A stretch of 64,000 bases of DNA from an uncultured Fibrobacterota bacterium. GTDB lineage: Bacteria; Fibrobacterota; Chitinivibrionia; Chitinivibrionales; FEN-1185. The translations under genes and the position numbers were made by a program. Where the stretch lies: contig CAVSQB010000028.1 in the NCBI GenBank assembly GCA_963729895.1, positions 160,001-224,000 on the forward strand. Reading direction: 5' to 3'. Positions 11,098 to 19,605 of the stretch are shown piece by piece (the first letter of the stretch is position 1; every line of letters begins with the position of its first letter). A model generated the notes under the pieces. The model was not told the origin of the DNA. It worked only from the letters and a program-made list of their open reading frames with translations, and made no database searches.

Positions 11098-11547
11098 TTA
11101 GACTGTGGGCGCGGCGGTCGGGAGAGAATCAGGCGATGCAGGTGCAATGTCACGATGATACTCCTCGTACATCTGCTGTACCGTCTCGGCCAGTTTCACC
11201 CGGTTGAACGGTTTGAACAGACAGGGGCATTTTATCGTCTTGTAAATCTTGACAAGCGTGTGTTTGGGATTGTAGCCGAAGCCGGTCATGAGGACCACCT
11301 GCGATGGTACGTTTGCGTCCTTGAACCTTCTGATGAATTCGTATCCGTCCATTTCAGGCATGGCGATATCTGTGAGGACAAGGAAGTACGCCGTTGTTTC
11401 GAGCCGCGCGAACGCCTCGGCGGACGAGGACGCCAGCGCGGTCTGCCAGCCAAGGCTCTCAAGGTAAATTTTCAGGAAATCGAGAACGTCCGCTTCGTCG
11501 TCGACGATGAGGATGCGCCGGTTAGGCGCTTTTGGTAAAGAGCTCAT
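11098..11547 (-). CDS. Stand-alone response regulator receiver domain
   Basis: ILIVDD, LTDIAMP (phospho-Asp), MTG, FKPF; no output domain. Confidence 0.9.
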   Translation of the reverse strand: MSSLPKAPNRRILIVDDEADVLDFLKIYLESLGWQTALASSSAEAFARLETTAYFLVLTDIAMPEMDGYEFIRRFKDANVPSQVVLMTGFGYNPKHTLVKIYKTIKCPCLFKPFNRVKLAETVQQMYEEYHRDIAPASPDSLPTAAPTV

Positions 11548-11899
11548 GGGTCCTGTCGATGAGTTCCTGTTTGCCGAACGGCTTGGTGATGTACGCGTCC
11601 GCTTTCATCACGTGCAACCCCACCATCTCGTCGAAGGCCTGGGTTTTGGCAGTGAGGATGGCAATGGGCATCGTGGCGAATTCCGGGTCGCTCCTGATCT
11701 GTTTGAACACGTCCCATCCGTTCATCTTCGGCATGGAAAGATCGAGCAACACTGCGTCCGGTTTGTAGGCCTTTACCCTGTCGTAGGCGGCGGGAGCGTC
11801 GAGCACGGTTTCAACTTCGAAATCCTCGGTTTCGAGGACCAGTTTCACCAGTTCCGCAATGTCCATTTCGTCTTCGATTACGATGATCTTCTTTTTCAT
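11522..11899 (-). CDS. Stand-alone response regulator receiver domain (CheY-like)
   Basis: MKKKIIVIED, LLDLSMP, ILTAK, YITKPF; ATG at 11899. Confidence 0.92.
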   Translation of the reverse strand: MKKKIIVIEDEMDIAELVKLVLETEDFEVETVLDAPAAYDRVKAYKPDAVLLDLSMPKMNGWDVFKQIRSDPEFATMPIAILTAKTQAFDEMVGLHVMKADAYITKPFGKQELIDRTHELFTKSA

Positions 11900-11912
11900 A
11901 GAGACGTCGCCT

Positions 11913-12212
11913 TCATTTTCTGAGGTACTCGGAAAATGCCCAGTTCCAGTATTTGAGGCATACAAGAAATGCCGTGCCCGCGGATGCGAGCCGCACGAGC
12001 ATGGGAATGCTCTGCGGGACAGTGAGGCCGATGTCGCTGGAAATTGTCTCACCGATCGCCGCGAGCGCGATGAAAACCGAGGTCACGTACAGGATGCGGT
12101 AAAACGGCGGAATCTTGAGCGCCTCGCCAAGCCTGCGCGACAGGTAGGCGAGGATGATCATCGTGAGGATCGCCGACGCGTCGAACAGGGCGAGGGTATG
12201 AAGAACGATCAT
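11913..12212 (-). CDS. Small membrane protein (about 3 TM, 99 aa)
   Basis: Three hydrophobic segments; tightly packed in operon. Confidence 0.75.
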   Translation of the reverse strand: MIVLHTLALFDASAILTMIILAYLSRRLGEALKIPPFYRILYVTSVFIALAAIGETISSDIGLTVPQSIPMLVRLASAGTAFLVCLKYWNWAFSEYLRK

Positions 12213-12215
12213 GCG

Positions 12216-12530
12216 CTACTTCCTCGGTCTACCCATCTTAAAGTACAGATTGATTGCGCTGACGGCGGATGCGCCCGCGCTCAGGATAAGCAGCGACGAC
12301 TGGACGATGCCGAGGGTCCGACCGCCGCCGATGTTGACAAACACGCTTGCCGCGCATGCCACCGACAGGAACATCGAAATTACGAACCCCGCCCGGGGGG
12401 TCGACTCACCGAATTTTTTGTGGTAGAACGCCGCAATAAGATACATCGTGGCGTTCAGGCACACCACGGCGAGAATGTACCCGGCCAGAAGAACGCGATC
12501 CGGATCCAGCAGGATGGAAACGTTCATCAC
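12216..12530 (-). CDS. Small membrane protein (about 3 TM, 103-104 aa)
   Basis: Three hydrophobic segments; start overlaps the ATPase stop (TGATG). Confidence 0.75.
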   Translation of the reverse strand: MMNVSILLDPDRVLLAGYILAVVCLNATMYLIAAFYHKKFGESTPRAGFVISMFLSVACAASVFVNIGGGRTLGIVQSSLLILSAGASAVSAINLYFKMGRPRK

Positions 12531-13297
12531 TTCTTTCCGAAAACGTTGACAAAAGCGTCTTGCGGCGTGTGATGCGAGATGCCGCTCATGATTCCCTCGC
12601 GGCCGGAGAATTTCGACTCCACCTCGATGCCTTCGGGGCCAATTCTAAAGCAGCGAATGTCTTTCTGGTGGTCGCTGCCGCGCATCTTGAGAATAAGAAA
12701 CGCCTTCTGGATGGTGCTGTCGATTTCCACGTATCTCAGGAGGAAATAGGAGTCGACGATAAACGGGATTTTGCTCGTCACCCTGCTCATCTGCCCCATA
12801 AGGCTGTCGTTTTCGCGGAGCAGGATGCTTGTAACGTTCTCCCGTTTGAGGGCGTTAATGAATTTGCGCTCAATATCGCGAAGGTGGAATTCGTCAAGCG
12901 ACAGCGATTCAAAATGCGTCACGCTGTCGACCACCACGCGCTTGATCTTCATCTTTTCGATAATGGATATGAACGTGCCGTCAACGCTCTCCAGTTCCTT
13001 CATGGTGGTTTCGGGATCGGAGAACGCGATCTTGAGCTGGCCCTTTGCCTCCAGCTTCTTGAAATCCCAGCCGAATTGCATTGCGTCGTGATAGTACTGT
13101 TGGGGAAATTCCTCGAAGGTTATGATGAGCCCCGGCTCGTCGAACTGGGTGATGCCGTTGTAGATGAATTCCATGCCGATGGTGGTCTTGCCGGTGCCGG
13201 GCGCGCCTTCGATGAGGTTCGCCGAGCCGGGCAGGAGCCCGCCCTGGATCATGTCGTCGAGGCCCTTTATGCCGAATGATGCCCGTTTTTCCTTCAT
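12527..13297 (-). CDS. Single-domain KaiC/RAD55-like RecA-superfamily ATPase (256 aa)
   Basis: FGIKGLDDMIQGG, GAPGTGKT Walker A, TFEE, VVVDS Walker B, KMRGSDH. Confidence 0.9.
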   Translation of the reverse strand: MKEKRASFGIKGLDDMIQGGLLPGSANLIEGAPGTGKTTIGMEFIYNGITQFDEPGLIITFEEFPQQYYHDAMQFGWDFKKLEAKGQLKIAFSDPETTMKELESVDGTFISIIEKMKIKRVVVDSVTHFESLSLDEFHLRDIERKFINALKRENVTSILLRENDSLMGQMSRVTSKIPFIVDSYFLLRYVEIDSTIQKAFLILKMRGSDHQKDIRCFRIGPEGIEVESKFSGREGIMSGISHHTPQDAFVNVFGKK

Positions 13298-13311
13298 GAG
13301 TGTTCCTCGAA

Positions 13312-14292
13312 TCAGGAGAAAAGGTGGACGATGACCGCTTTCTGGACATGGAGGCGGTTTTCCGCCTCGTCGAGGGCAATGGAGTTGACAGAATCGAGAA
13401 CACCGCCCGTTATTTCTTCGCCGCGGTGCGCGGGCAGGCAGTGCGACACAAGCACGTTTTTTGGCGCTTTGGCAAGGAGCCTTTCGTTTACCTGGAAGGG
13501 CGCAAAGCGTTTCTTCCGCACCGCGGCCTCCTTTTCCTGGCCCATGCTTGCCCAAACATCTGTATAGATAACGGACGCACCGGGAACCGCGGCTGCGGCA
13601 TTGTCCGATATATCGATTTTGGCGCCGGTGCTTCTTGCAACGCCCCTGCACAGGAAAACCACTGCGGGGTCCGGCTCGTAGCCTGTGGGTCCCGCCGCCA
13701 CAAAATGCCAACCCAGCTTGGCTGCCAGCACCATGATCGAGTTGCACACGTTGTTGCCGTCGCCCACAAATACGACTTTGATACCGGCGCGTTTCCCAAG
13801 GCGCTCACGGAGCGTGAGGCCGAGGGCGAGTGCTTGACACGGATGGAACTTGTCCGACAAGGCGTTTATGACCGGGACACGGCTGTGCACGGCAAGCTCG
13901 ACAACGGTTTCATGAAAAAAGGTACGCGCGATGATGAGATGGACCCACCGGTCGAGGTTTTTCGCCACGTCCTTGACGCTTTCGCGTTTGCCCATTTGAA
14001 CCTGGTCCGACGCGAGATATATTGAGTGGCCGCCAAGCTCATAGATTGCCATTTCAAAGGTTATGCGGGTGCGGAGAGACGGCTTCTCAAAAATGAGCAC
14101 CCCTGTCTTGCCGGTAAAGGCCTTGGGGTCGGATTTCAGGCGCCCGGCTTTCAGTTCCCCTGCCAAGGTGAGCAGGCGCTCTATTTCCAGGGGTGTGTAA
14201 TCGAACAGGGTGAGAAGATTTCTCTTTGCCGCATGTTTCTGTGCGTCACCGTGATGTGGGGCGGCAAGTTTCCTGGCTTTGGCCGGACTCAT
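13312..14292 (-). CDS. argF: Ornithine carbamoyltransferase
   Basis: FEKPSLRTR, HPCQ, YTDVWASMGQE, HCLPAHRG; start taken at ATG 14292. Confidence 0.92.
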   Translation of the reverse strand: MSPAKARKLAAPHHGDAQKHAAKRNLLTLFDYTPLEIERLLTLAGELKAGRLKSDPKAFTGKTGVLIFEKPSLRTRITFEMAIYELGGHSIYLASDQVQMGKRESVKDVAKNLDRWVHLIIARTFFHETVVELAVHSRVPVINALSDKFHPCQALALGLTLRERLGKRAGIKVVFVGDGNNVCNSIMVLAAKLGWHFVAAGPTGYEPDPAVVFLCRGVARSTGAKIDISDNAAAAVPGASVIYTDVWASMGQEKEAAVRKKRFAPFQVNERLLAKAPKNVLVSHCLPAHRGEEITGGVLDSVNSIALDEAENRLHVQKAVIVHLFS

Positions 14293-14527
14293 CCTGCATT
14301 GTACCCTGGTTGAGGTATTTAAGCCTGTTAAATACGCACACTGGCTCTTTCGTGCACAGCCGCCGCACACGCCCAACAGCATCGCAAAAAACAATCTGTG
14401 CATTCTGCGTTGCGAAAGATTTACTAAAATAATTCCTTCACACTTACGTCCAGCAAGGATAATGAATATTTTCTTTTCCTATATAGGAATATTCTTGCTT
14501 CCAGCAACTTCAATCTCACATATTTAG

Positions 14528-15839
14528 CAGGTTGTTGAAATAGTCCTAACAGAAGCGCTCTTGTTGATTTTTTATGAACCTAACTTCAACTTTACATATG
14601 TCAGAGAGGTTTTACCTGCCTCGTTCCGAGGCATTTCCCCGGATTCCCAGGCCATTCTCATGCTGCCCCCACCGTTTGCGGCATCAACTTAACCATGCGT
14701 ATCAAGTTGTACGCTGCGGCAACCACGTAGGCAACAGTCTGGTTGATTCGTATTCCTCTTACCCGAGTTTTCCGCAGGCCACCGACGCTCTTGATCCACC
14801 CAAATATCTCTTCAACCCGTTTTCGTTTCCTTTGACTTACGCTGTATCCCTTATGCCGAGTCGTTCTTCCATCCAACCCTTTAAGCGAAGTGTTGGCCTT
14901 CTCGGCAATGTGAGGCTTCACGTGCAGGCGTCGCAGGCTCTTGATAAATTCGGTTGCATGATACCCTTTGTCTGCACCCACCGTCTTCATCCGGCGTTTT
15001 CCGCGCCTGCGTTCATGCTTTATCAGCTCAAGCGCCATATCCCGTTCCGCTGTCCCCGTCGCTGGCGCAATGGCGATATCAACACACAACCCATTTCGGT
15101 TTTCCATCAGCACGTGACCGGAATACGCCAGCTGCGCTCCCGTTCTCTTGTTCTTCCGAGCCAACAGCGCCTCTGGATCGGTCGAACTCTGATGTGTCTC
15201 ATTGCTTCGCTTCTCATGGTGGAAATCAACCGACGGATTACTCCGATCATCGTCAGTCTTGTTCGCCGATTCCGCGTCTTTTCGCTTGAAGCTCTTCATC
15301 GATGCCCAGGCTTCAATCAACGTGCCGTCAACCGTGAAATGCTCATCGGACAACAACTCTTCGGAACGAGCAAGACGCACGATTTCCTGCATCAGCCGGT
15401 GCGCAATCTCCTGTTCCATAAGTCGATCTCGGTTCTTCGAAAACACACTATGATCAAACGATGCCGCATCCAGATCCATGTCAAGAAACCATCGGAACAG
15501 AATGTTATAGTCCAGCATCTCGCAAAACAACCGGTCCGACCGTATCGAAAACAAAGCCATCAATATCTGTGCTTTCAAAAGCCATTCCGGCGGTATCGAA
15601 GGGCGTCCCATCCGGCTGTACATCGCCTCAAAGTCACGAGAAAGGCGGCGCAGCGCTATGTCCGTAAACTGTTTGACACGACGAAGCGGGTGCGTTGCCG
15701 GCACTCGGGAATCCGGAGAAACGAAGCTGAACATACCGCCTTGGGCTGGCTGGGAACCTCTCATCAATACTCCTTGGTTGGGGTTCCCCTATAATATAAG
15801 GATAAATGTTTACAAAAGGGAGACTTTTTCAACACCCTG
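14528..15839 (-). mobile_element. IS5-family insertion sequence, copy A (1312 bp)
   Basis: Terminal IRs CAGGTTGTTGAAATAGTC / GACTTTTTCAACACCCTG; 4-bp TTAG duplication at 14524-14527 and 15840-15843; near-identical to 55455-56766. Confidence 0.95.
14658..15767 (-). CDS. IS5-family transposase
   Basis: GRPSIPPE, VDGTLIEAWAS, ADKGY, RVEEIFGW DDE motifs. Confidence 0.95.
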   Translation of the reverse strand: MMRGSQPAQGGMFSFVSPDSRVPATHPLRRVKQFTDIALRRLSRDFEAMYSRMGRPSIPPEWLLKAQILMALFSIRSDRLFCEMLDYNILFRWFLDMDLDAASFDHSVFSKNRDRLMEQEIAHRLMQEIVRLARSEELLSDEHFTVDGTLIEAWASMKSFKRKDAESANKTDDDRSNPSVDFHHEKRSNETHQSSTDPEALLARKNKRTGAQLAYSGHVLMENRNGLCVDIAIAPATGTAERDMALELIKHERRRGKRRMKTVGADKGYHATEFIKSLRRLHVKPHIAEKANTSLKGLDGRTTRHKGYSVSQRKRKRVEEIFGWIKSVGGLRKTRVRGIRINQTVAYVVAAAYNLIRMVKLMPQTVGAA

Positions 15840-15976
15840 TTAGACATAGGAGAGAAAAATAGTTTCGTGCATGGGTTCCCCTTGTTAAAGGGGGAAGGCG
15901 GGGTTTTTCGAGGGTGCACCGGTGCAAGCCAAGAGCACTGCTGCAGGGTTTTCACCTATTCATCAGGAGGCTTCAG

Positions 15977-16324
15977 GTGGATATTACAGAAGTCAGGATT
16001 ACCCTTCGGAATGAGGAGAAACTCAAGGCGTTTGCGAGCATCACTTTTGACGATTGCTTTGTGGTACGGGGCCTCAAGGTGATCAACGGCTCTCAGGGAT
16101 ATTTCGTTTCCATGCCTTCCCGCAAGAGAAAGGACGGCAGCTATCAGGATGTTGCCCACCCCATCAACAACGAGATGAGAAAGAAAATCGAAGACAAGGT
16201 CTTGGATGCATTTGAGAATGAGCTGAACAAATCGGGAGCCGCTGCGCCTGTTACCAAGGCGCCTGGTCCTGCGGAAGAAGAAGATTTCGATCTGGAAGAC
16301 GAAGCGGCAAAGGCAGAACACTGA
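15977..16324 (+). CDS. spoVG: SpoVG family nucleic-acid-binding protein
   Basis: GTG start after AGGAGG; ITEVRI..KLKAFASITFDDCFVV..FVSMPSRKRKDG.YQDVAHPIN. Confidence 0.93.
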   Translation: MDITEVRITLRNEEKLKAFASITFDDCFVVRGLKVINGSQGYFVSMPSRKRKDGSYQDVAHPINNEMRKKIEDKVLDAFENELNKSGAAAPVTKAPGPAEEEDFDLEDEAAKAEH

Positions 16325-16427
16325 TCCGGCCTCGCGCATACTAGATTCAGGAAATTTCTCCTCCTCCAACCTTTTCTGCCCTTATAGTTTACTCCGGGGT
16401 ATCCAGATATTATTTTAGGTCACTTGC

Positions 16428-16502
16428 TGGGGCGTCGACAAGCGGCAAGTCACGAGGTTTTGGTCCTCGCATTCGGAGGTTCGAATCCTTCCGCCCCAGC
16501 CA
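16428..16502 (+). tRNA. tRNA-Gln (anticodon TTG)
   Basis: TGGGGCG acceptor stem, CGAGG-TTTTGGT-CCTCG anticodon arm, GGTTCGAATCC T-arm, encoded CCA. Confidence 0.95.
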
Positions 16503-16674
16503 TAAGCTGGGTACGGAAGGGTTCGAACCGAGAAGAGGTTCGAGAGAGCCCGGTTTCCCGCAAGGGAAACCGCAGTACAGTTTGAAAAGAATTCGATACT
16601 TCCGGGCGCGGGGCGCCAATCCTTCCGCCCCGGCCATAAGCTGGGTACGGAAGGGTTCGAACCGAGAAGAGGTT
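16484..16674 (+). repeat. 57-bp direct repeat (two copies, 134-bp period) that includes the tRNA-Gln 3' end
   Basis: 16484-16540 vs 16618-16674, one mismatch. Confidence 0.9.
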
Positions 16675-16809
16675 TCCATTCAGCATATGCGTGGGAAATC
16701 AGCCTGGACGGCTACAATGTCCGTTCCGCCGCGCAGGGTGCTTCCGGATGCCGCCGCCTGAAGCGCCAGGTTCTTTCTGAACGAAAAAAAAATCATAAGG
16801 AGGTTTCCG

Positions 16810-17673
16810 TTGGACATAGTCAAACTCAAGGCCCGACCCAGATCCGGTTCAGGCAAATCATATACGCGCAAGGCGCGCATTCAGGGATGGATTCCGGCCA
16901 TTTACTACGGACACAACAGGCAGCCGAGAACAATTGAAATCGACGCGATCGAGTTCACGCAGCTCGTGCGTTCGAAAAAGACCCGAAACCTCTTCAATCT
17001 CGGCCTCACCGATGAAGAAGGCGGGGACGCCGTTGCAATTATCAAGGAAATCCAGCGCGATATCATCAACAGAAAAGAGTTTTTGCACATCGATTTTCAG
17101 CGTGTGGCCATGGACGAAAAGGTCACGGTGGGCGTGCCTGTGGAGCTCACCGGGCTTCCGCCCATCGGCGTCAAGGAAATGGGCGGCGTTCTTCAGCATC
17201 CTGCAAAAATCATCAGGGTCGAGTGCCTGCCGGCCAATATTCCGGAAAAAATCGCGGTTGACGTATCCATGCTCAAGATCGGGGACTCGGTTCACGTTCG
17301 CGATATCGTTGTGCCCAATGCGGTCATCAAAGATTCGCCGGATGAGGTAGTTGCCGTGGTCATCGTTCCTACTGCCGAAGAAGTCAAGGCAGCCGAACCC
17401 ACGGCCGAAGGCGTGGAAGGTGCGGAAGGCGTTGTTCCCGCCGAAGGCGCAGAGGGTGCGGAAGGCGCAGCAGCTCCGGCGGGCGAAGGCACGGAGGGCG
17501 CCGCTGCCAAGCCGGGAACTCCGGCAAAAGCCGGTGCCGGCGCGAAACCGGGCGCACCCGCCAAGCCGGGCGCGGCCGCAAAACCCGGCGCTCCTGCGAG
17601 ACCGGGCGCTGCACCTGCCGCCGGCGATGCAAAACCGGGCAAGGATGCAAAGGGCGGCAAGGGCGGCAAATAA
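16810..17673 (+). CDS. rplY: 50S ribosomal protein L25/CTC with long low-complexity tail
   Basis: IPAIYYG, KEIQRD, HIDFQRV, GVKEMGGVL, CLPANIPE. Confidence 0.95.
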   Translation: MDIVKLKARPRSGSGKSYTRKARIQGWIPAIYYGHNRQPRTIEIDAIEFTQLVRSKKTRNLFNLGLTDEEGGDAVAIIKEIQRDIINRKEFLHIDFQRVAMDEKVTVGVPVELTGLPPIGVKEMGGVLQHPAKIIRVECLPANIPEKIAVDVSMLKIGDSVHVRDIVVPNAVIKDSPDEVVAVVIVPTAEEVKAAEPTAEGVEGAEGVVPAEGAEGAEGAAAPAGEGTEGAAAKPGTPAKAGAGAKPGAPAKPGAAAKPGAPARPGAAPAAGDAKPGKDAKGGKGGK

Positions 17674-17691
17674 CGGAAGCAACCGGTCTTT

Positions 17692-18312
17692 GTGGCAACC
17701 TTATCGAGTTTTTTCGGGTTCTTCTGCAGGAAGAAACCGCTTGTCAAAGCCGATTATCTTGTTTTCGGCATCGGCAACCCCGGCGACAAGTACAACTATA
17801 CGAGGCACAACGCCGGTTTCATGGTGGTCGATCGTCTGTCGGAGTCGTTGACGGACGCGCGCACGAGGCGCGAGCCGTCCTTCGAGGCAATCTGGGGAAC
17901 GCTGTCCGGGAAGACAGTGGTGCTCGTAAAGCCGACAACATTCGTTAACCGTTGCGGGACCGCGTTCGCGGCAAGCGGTTCGCTGTTCTGCGTGCCCATG
18001 GAGTCGCGCCTTGTCGTTGTCGACGATTACCACCTTCCGCTCGGCGCCGTGCGGCTGAGGCGCGGGGGCTCGGATGGCGGGCACAACGGCCTCGCGTCGG
18101 TCATCGAGAGCTGCGGGGGAAATGTCGCCAGGCTCCGGCTGGGTATAGGGCCGCTTGCCCCCGGCTCAAAATCGGTGGAATTCGTCCTGGGGAAGTTTGA
18201 CGAAAAAGAATTACCGGCTGTCGATGCGGCGGTTCGCACGGCCGCGGATGCCTCGGCTGCGTTTTGCGGCCTGGGGATCGAAAGAGCGATGAACCTGTTC
18301 AACAAGGGCTGA
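17692..18312 (+). CDS. pth: Peptidyl-tRNA hydrolase (start uncertain)
   Basis: GIGNPG..Y..TRHNAGF, KPTTFVN, GSDGGHNG, RLRLGIG. Confidence 0.93.
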   Translation: MATLSSFFGFFCRKKPLVKADYLVFGIGNPGDKYNYTRHNAGFMVVDRLSESLTDARTRREPSFEAIWGTLSGKTVVLVKPTTFVNRCGTAFAASGSLFCVPMESRLVVVDDYHLPLGAVRLRRGGSDGGHNGLASVIESCGGNVARLRLGIGPLAPGSKSVEFVLGKFDEKELPAVDAAVRTAADASAAFCGLGIERAMNLFNKG

Positions 18313-18394
18313 TGCCTCGGCCGTTTGGTGCGCCGGTCGGCCGCTCCGCGACACAGCCGGGCGCAGAAAGCAATTGTCGAGTAATCATAGTTCC

Positions 18395-18470
18395 ATTCAT
18401 CCTGCCTCACCGGCGCGCACCAAGGGAATGCGCAGCATGAGTGAAGCCGTTAGACCAAAGGAGGCTCACG
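18395..18470 (+). promoter_or_regulatory. Candidate S6:S18 autoregulatory leader
   Basis: CCTGC at 18401 followed by a CTCA...TGAG-closed hairpin and an AAAGGAGG SD just before rpsF. Confidence 0.4.
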
Positions 18471-18824
18471 TTGAAACGACCCTACGAAACCGTCGTCATC
18501 TACGACGCCACGCTCCCCGATGACACGATTCAAAGCGAGAGCGGGAAGCTTGAAGAATTTCTCAGGAAGAACGCGGAGTTCGAGAGAACGGAGGTGCTCG
18601 GCAAGAAGTACCTTGCGTATCACATCAGGAAGAAGAAGACCGGGATCTACCACGTGTACGTTTACAAGGGTGAAGGAGACGTTGCGGGCAAGCTGGAGAA
18701 GTTTCTCAAGCTGAACGAATCGGTGCTTCGCCACCTGAGCGTCGTGCGGAATCCGAACGTTACGAAACCGGCAAAAGAAGCCCCGGCGGCGGCGCCGGTT
18801 GCGGCAGAAGGGGAGAAGGCATAA
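18471..18824 (+). CDS. rpsF: 30S ribosomal protein S6
   Basis: TTG start after [35 protein letters not shown]. Confidence 0.94.
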   Translation: MKRPYETVVIYDATLPDDTIQSESGKLEEFLRKNAEFERTEVLGKKYLAYHIRKKKTGIYHVYVYKGEGDVAGKLEKFLKLNESVLRHLSVVRNPNVTKPAKEAPAAAPVAAEGEKA

Positions 18825-19051
18825 TGTACAGAAGAAGCAGAGTGAGAAAAGTGTGCTGGTTCGACCAGAACTCATTGGAGCCCGACTATAGAGACCAGCG
18901 GATGATGGAGAGCTTCATCACCGAGCGCGGGAAAATTGTTCCGCGCAGGCTGTCGGGCGTGTGCGCCAAGCACCAGAAAGCGCTTGCGCTCGCCATCAAG
19001 CGGGCCCGGTACCTGGCGCTCGTGCCGTTTGTCGCGGAAAACCTGAAGTAG
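18824..19051 (+). CDS. rpsR: 30S ribosomal protein S18
   Basis: [29 protein letters not shown]. Confidence 0.95.
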   Translation: MYRRSRVRKVCWFDQNSLEPDYRDQRMMESFITERGKIVPRRLSGVCAKHQKALALAIKRARYLALVPFVAENLK

Positions 19052-19127
19052 GAACGGAGCGGGATCCTGCGGCCCCGCGGCACGTAAACACGCTACTTAA
19101 CATTCGGTAAGCAAGGGGTTGTATTCT

Positions 19128-19580
19128 ATGGAAGTTGTTTTGAAAAAGGATCACGAGAAGCTCGGCAAGGCAATGGACGTCGTCAAGGTGGCCGACGGGT
19201 TTGCCCGAAATTTCCTTATTCCCCAGGGAATCGCGGTGATCGCAACGGAGGGAAACAGGAAAGCGGTGGTGGAGTCCAAGAAACTTTCCGAGAAACGAGA
19301 AGAGAAGAAACAAAAAGAAGCCCGGGTGCAGGCGAAACAGATCGAGAAGGTGCCGTGCACTATCAAGGTGAAGGTGGGGGAAGAGGACAAGCTGTTCGGG
19401 TCGGTGACCACGCAGGAGATCGCCGAGTTCCTTACCAAGGAAGGCTTTGCCATCGACAAAAAGGACATCGAGCTCGAAGAGCCCATCAAGCAATTGGGAG
19501 TCTATTCCGTTAAGATCACGCTGTACAAGGACGTGGTTGCAAGGCTCAAAGTCTGGGTTGTTAAGGAAGAGTCGAAGTAG
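19128..19580 (+). CDS. rplI: 50S ribosomal protein L9
   Basis: VKVADGFARNFLIP, KLFGSVT, PIKQLG. Confidence 0.96.
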   Translation: MEVVLKKDHEKLGKAMDVVKVADGFARNFLIPQGIAVIATEGNRKAVVESKKLSEKREEKKQKEARVQAKQIEKVPCTIKVKVGEEDKLFGSVTTQEIAEFLTKEGFAIDKKDIELEEPIKQLGVYSVKITLYKDVVARLKVWVVKEESK

Positions 19581-19605
19581 CGCCTAAGCACAAAGAGGGA
19601 GACGC

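Noticed and set aside
12527..13297. Circadian clock kaiC
   Set aside because: Single domain, no Ser-Thr phosphosites at the expected position, no kaiA or kaiB in the window
14400..14520. ArgR (ARG box) operator upstream of argF
   Set aside because: Only half-site-like matches (AATGAATA); no convincing palindrome
14574..15794. 406-aa ORF antisense to the IS5 transposase in both copies
   Set aside because: Its conservation is explained by near-identity of the copies; no independent coding evidence
16484..16674. CRISPR array or second tRNA
   Set aside because: Only two 57-bp units, no cas genes; the second unit lacks a tRNA 5' half and anticodon arm
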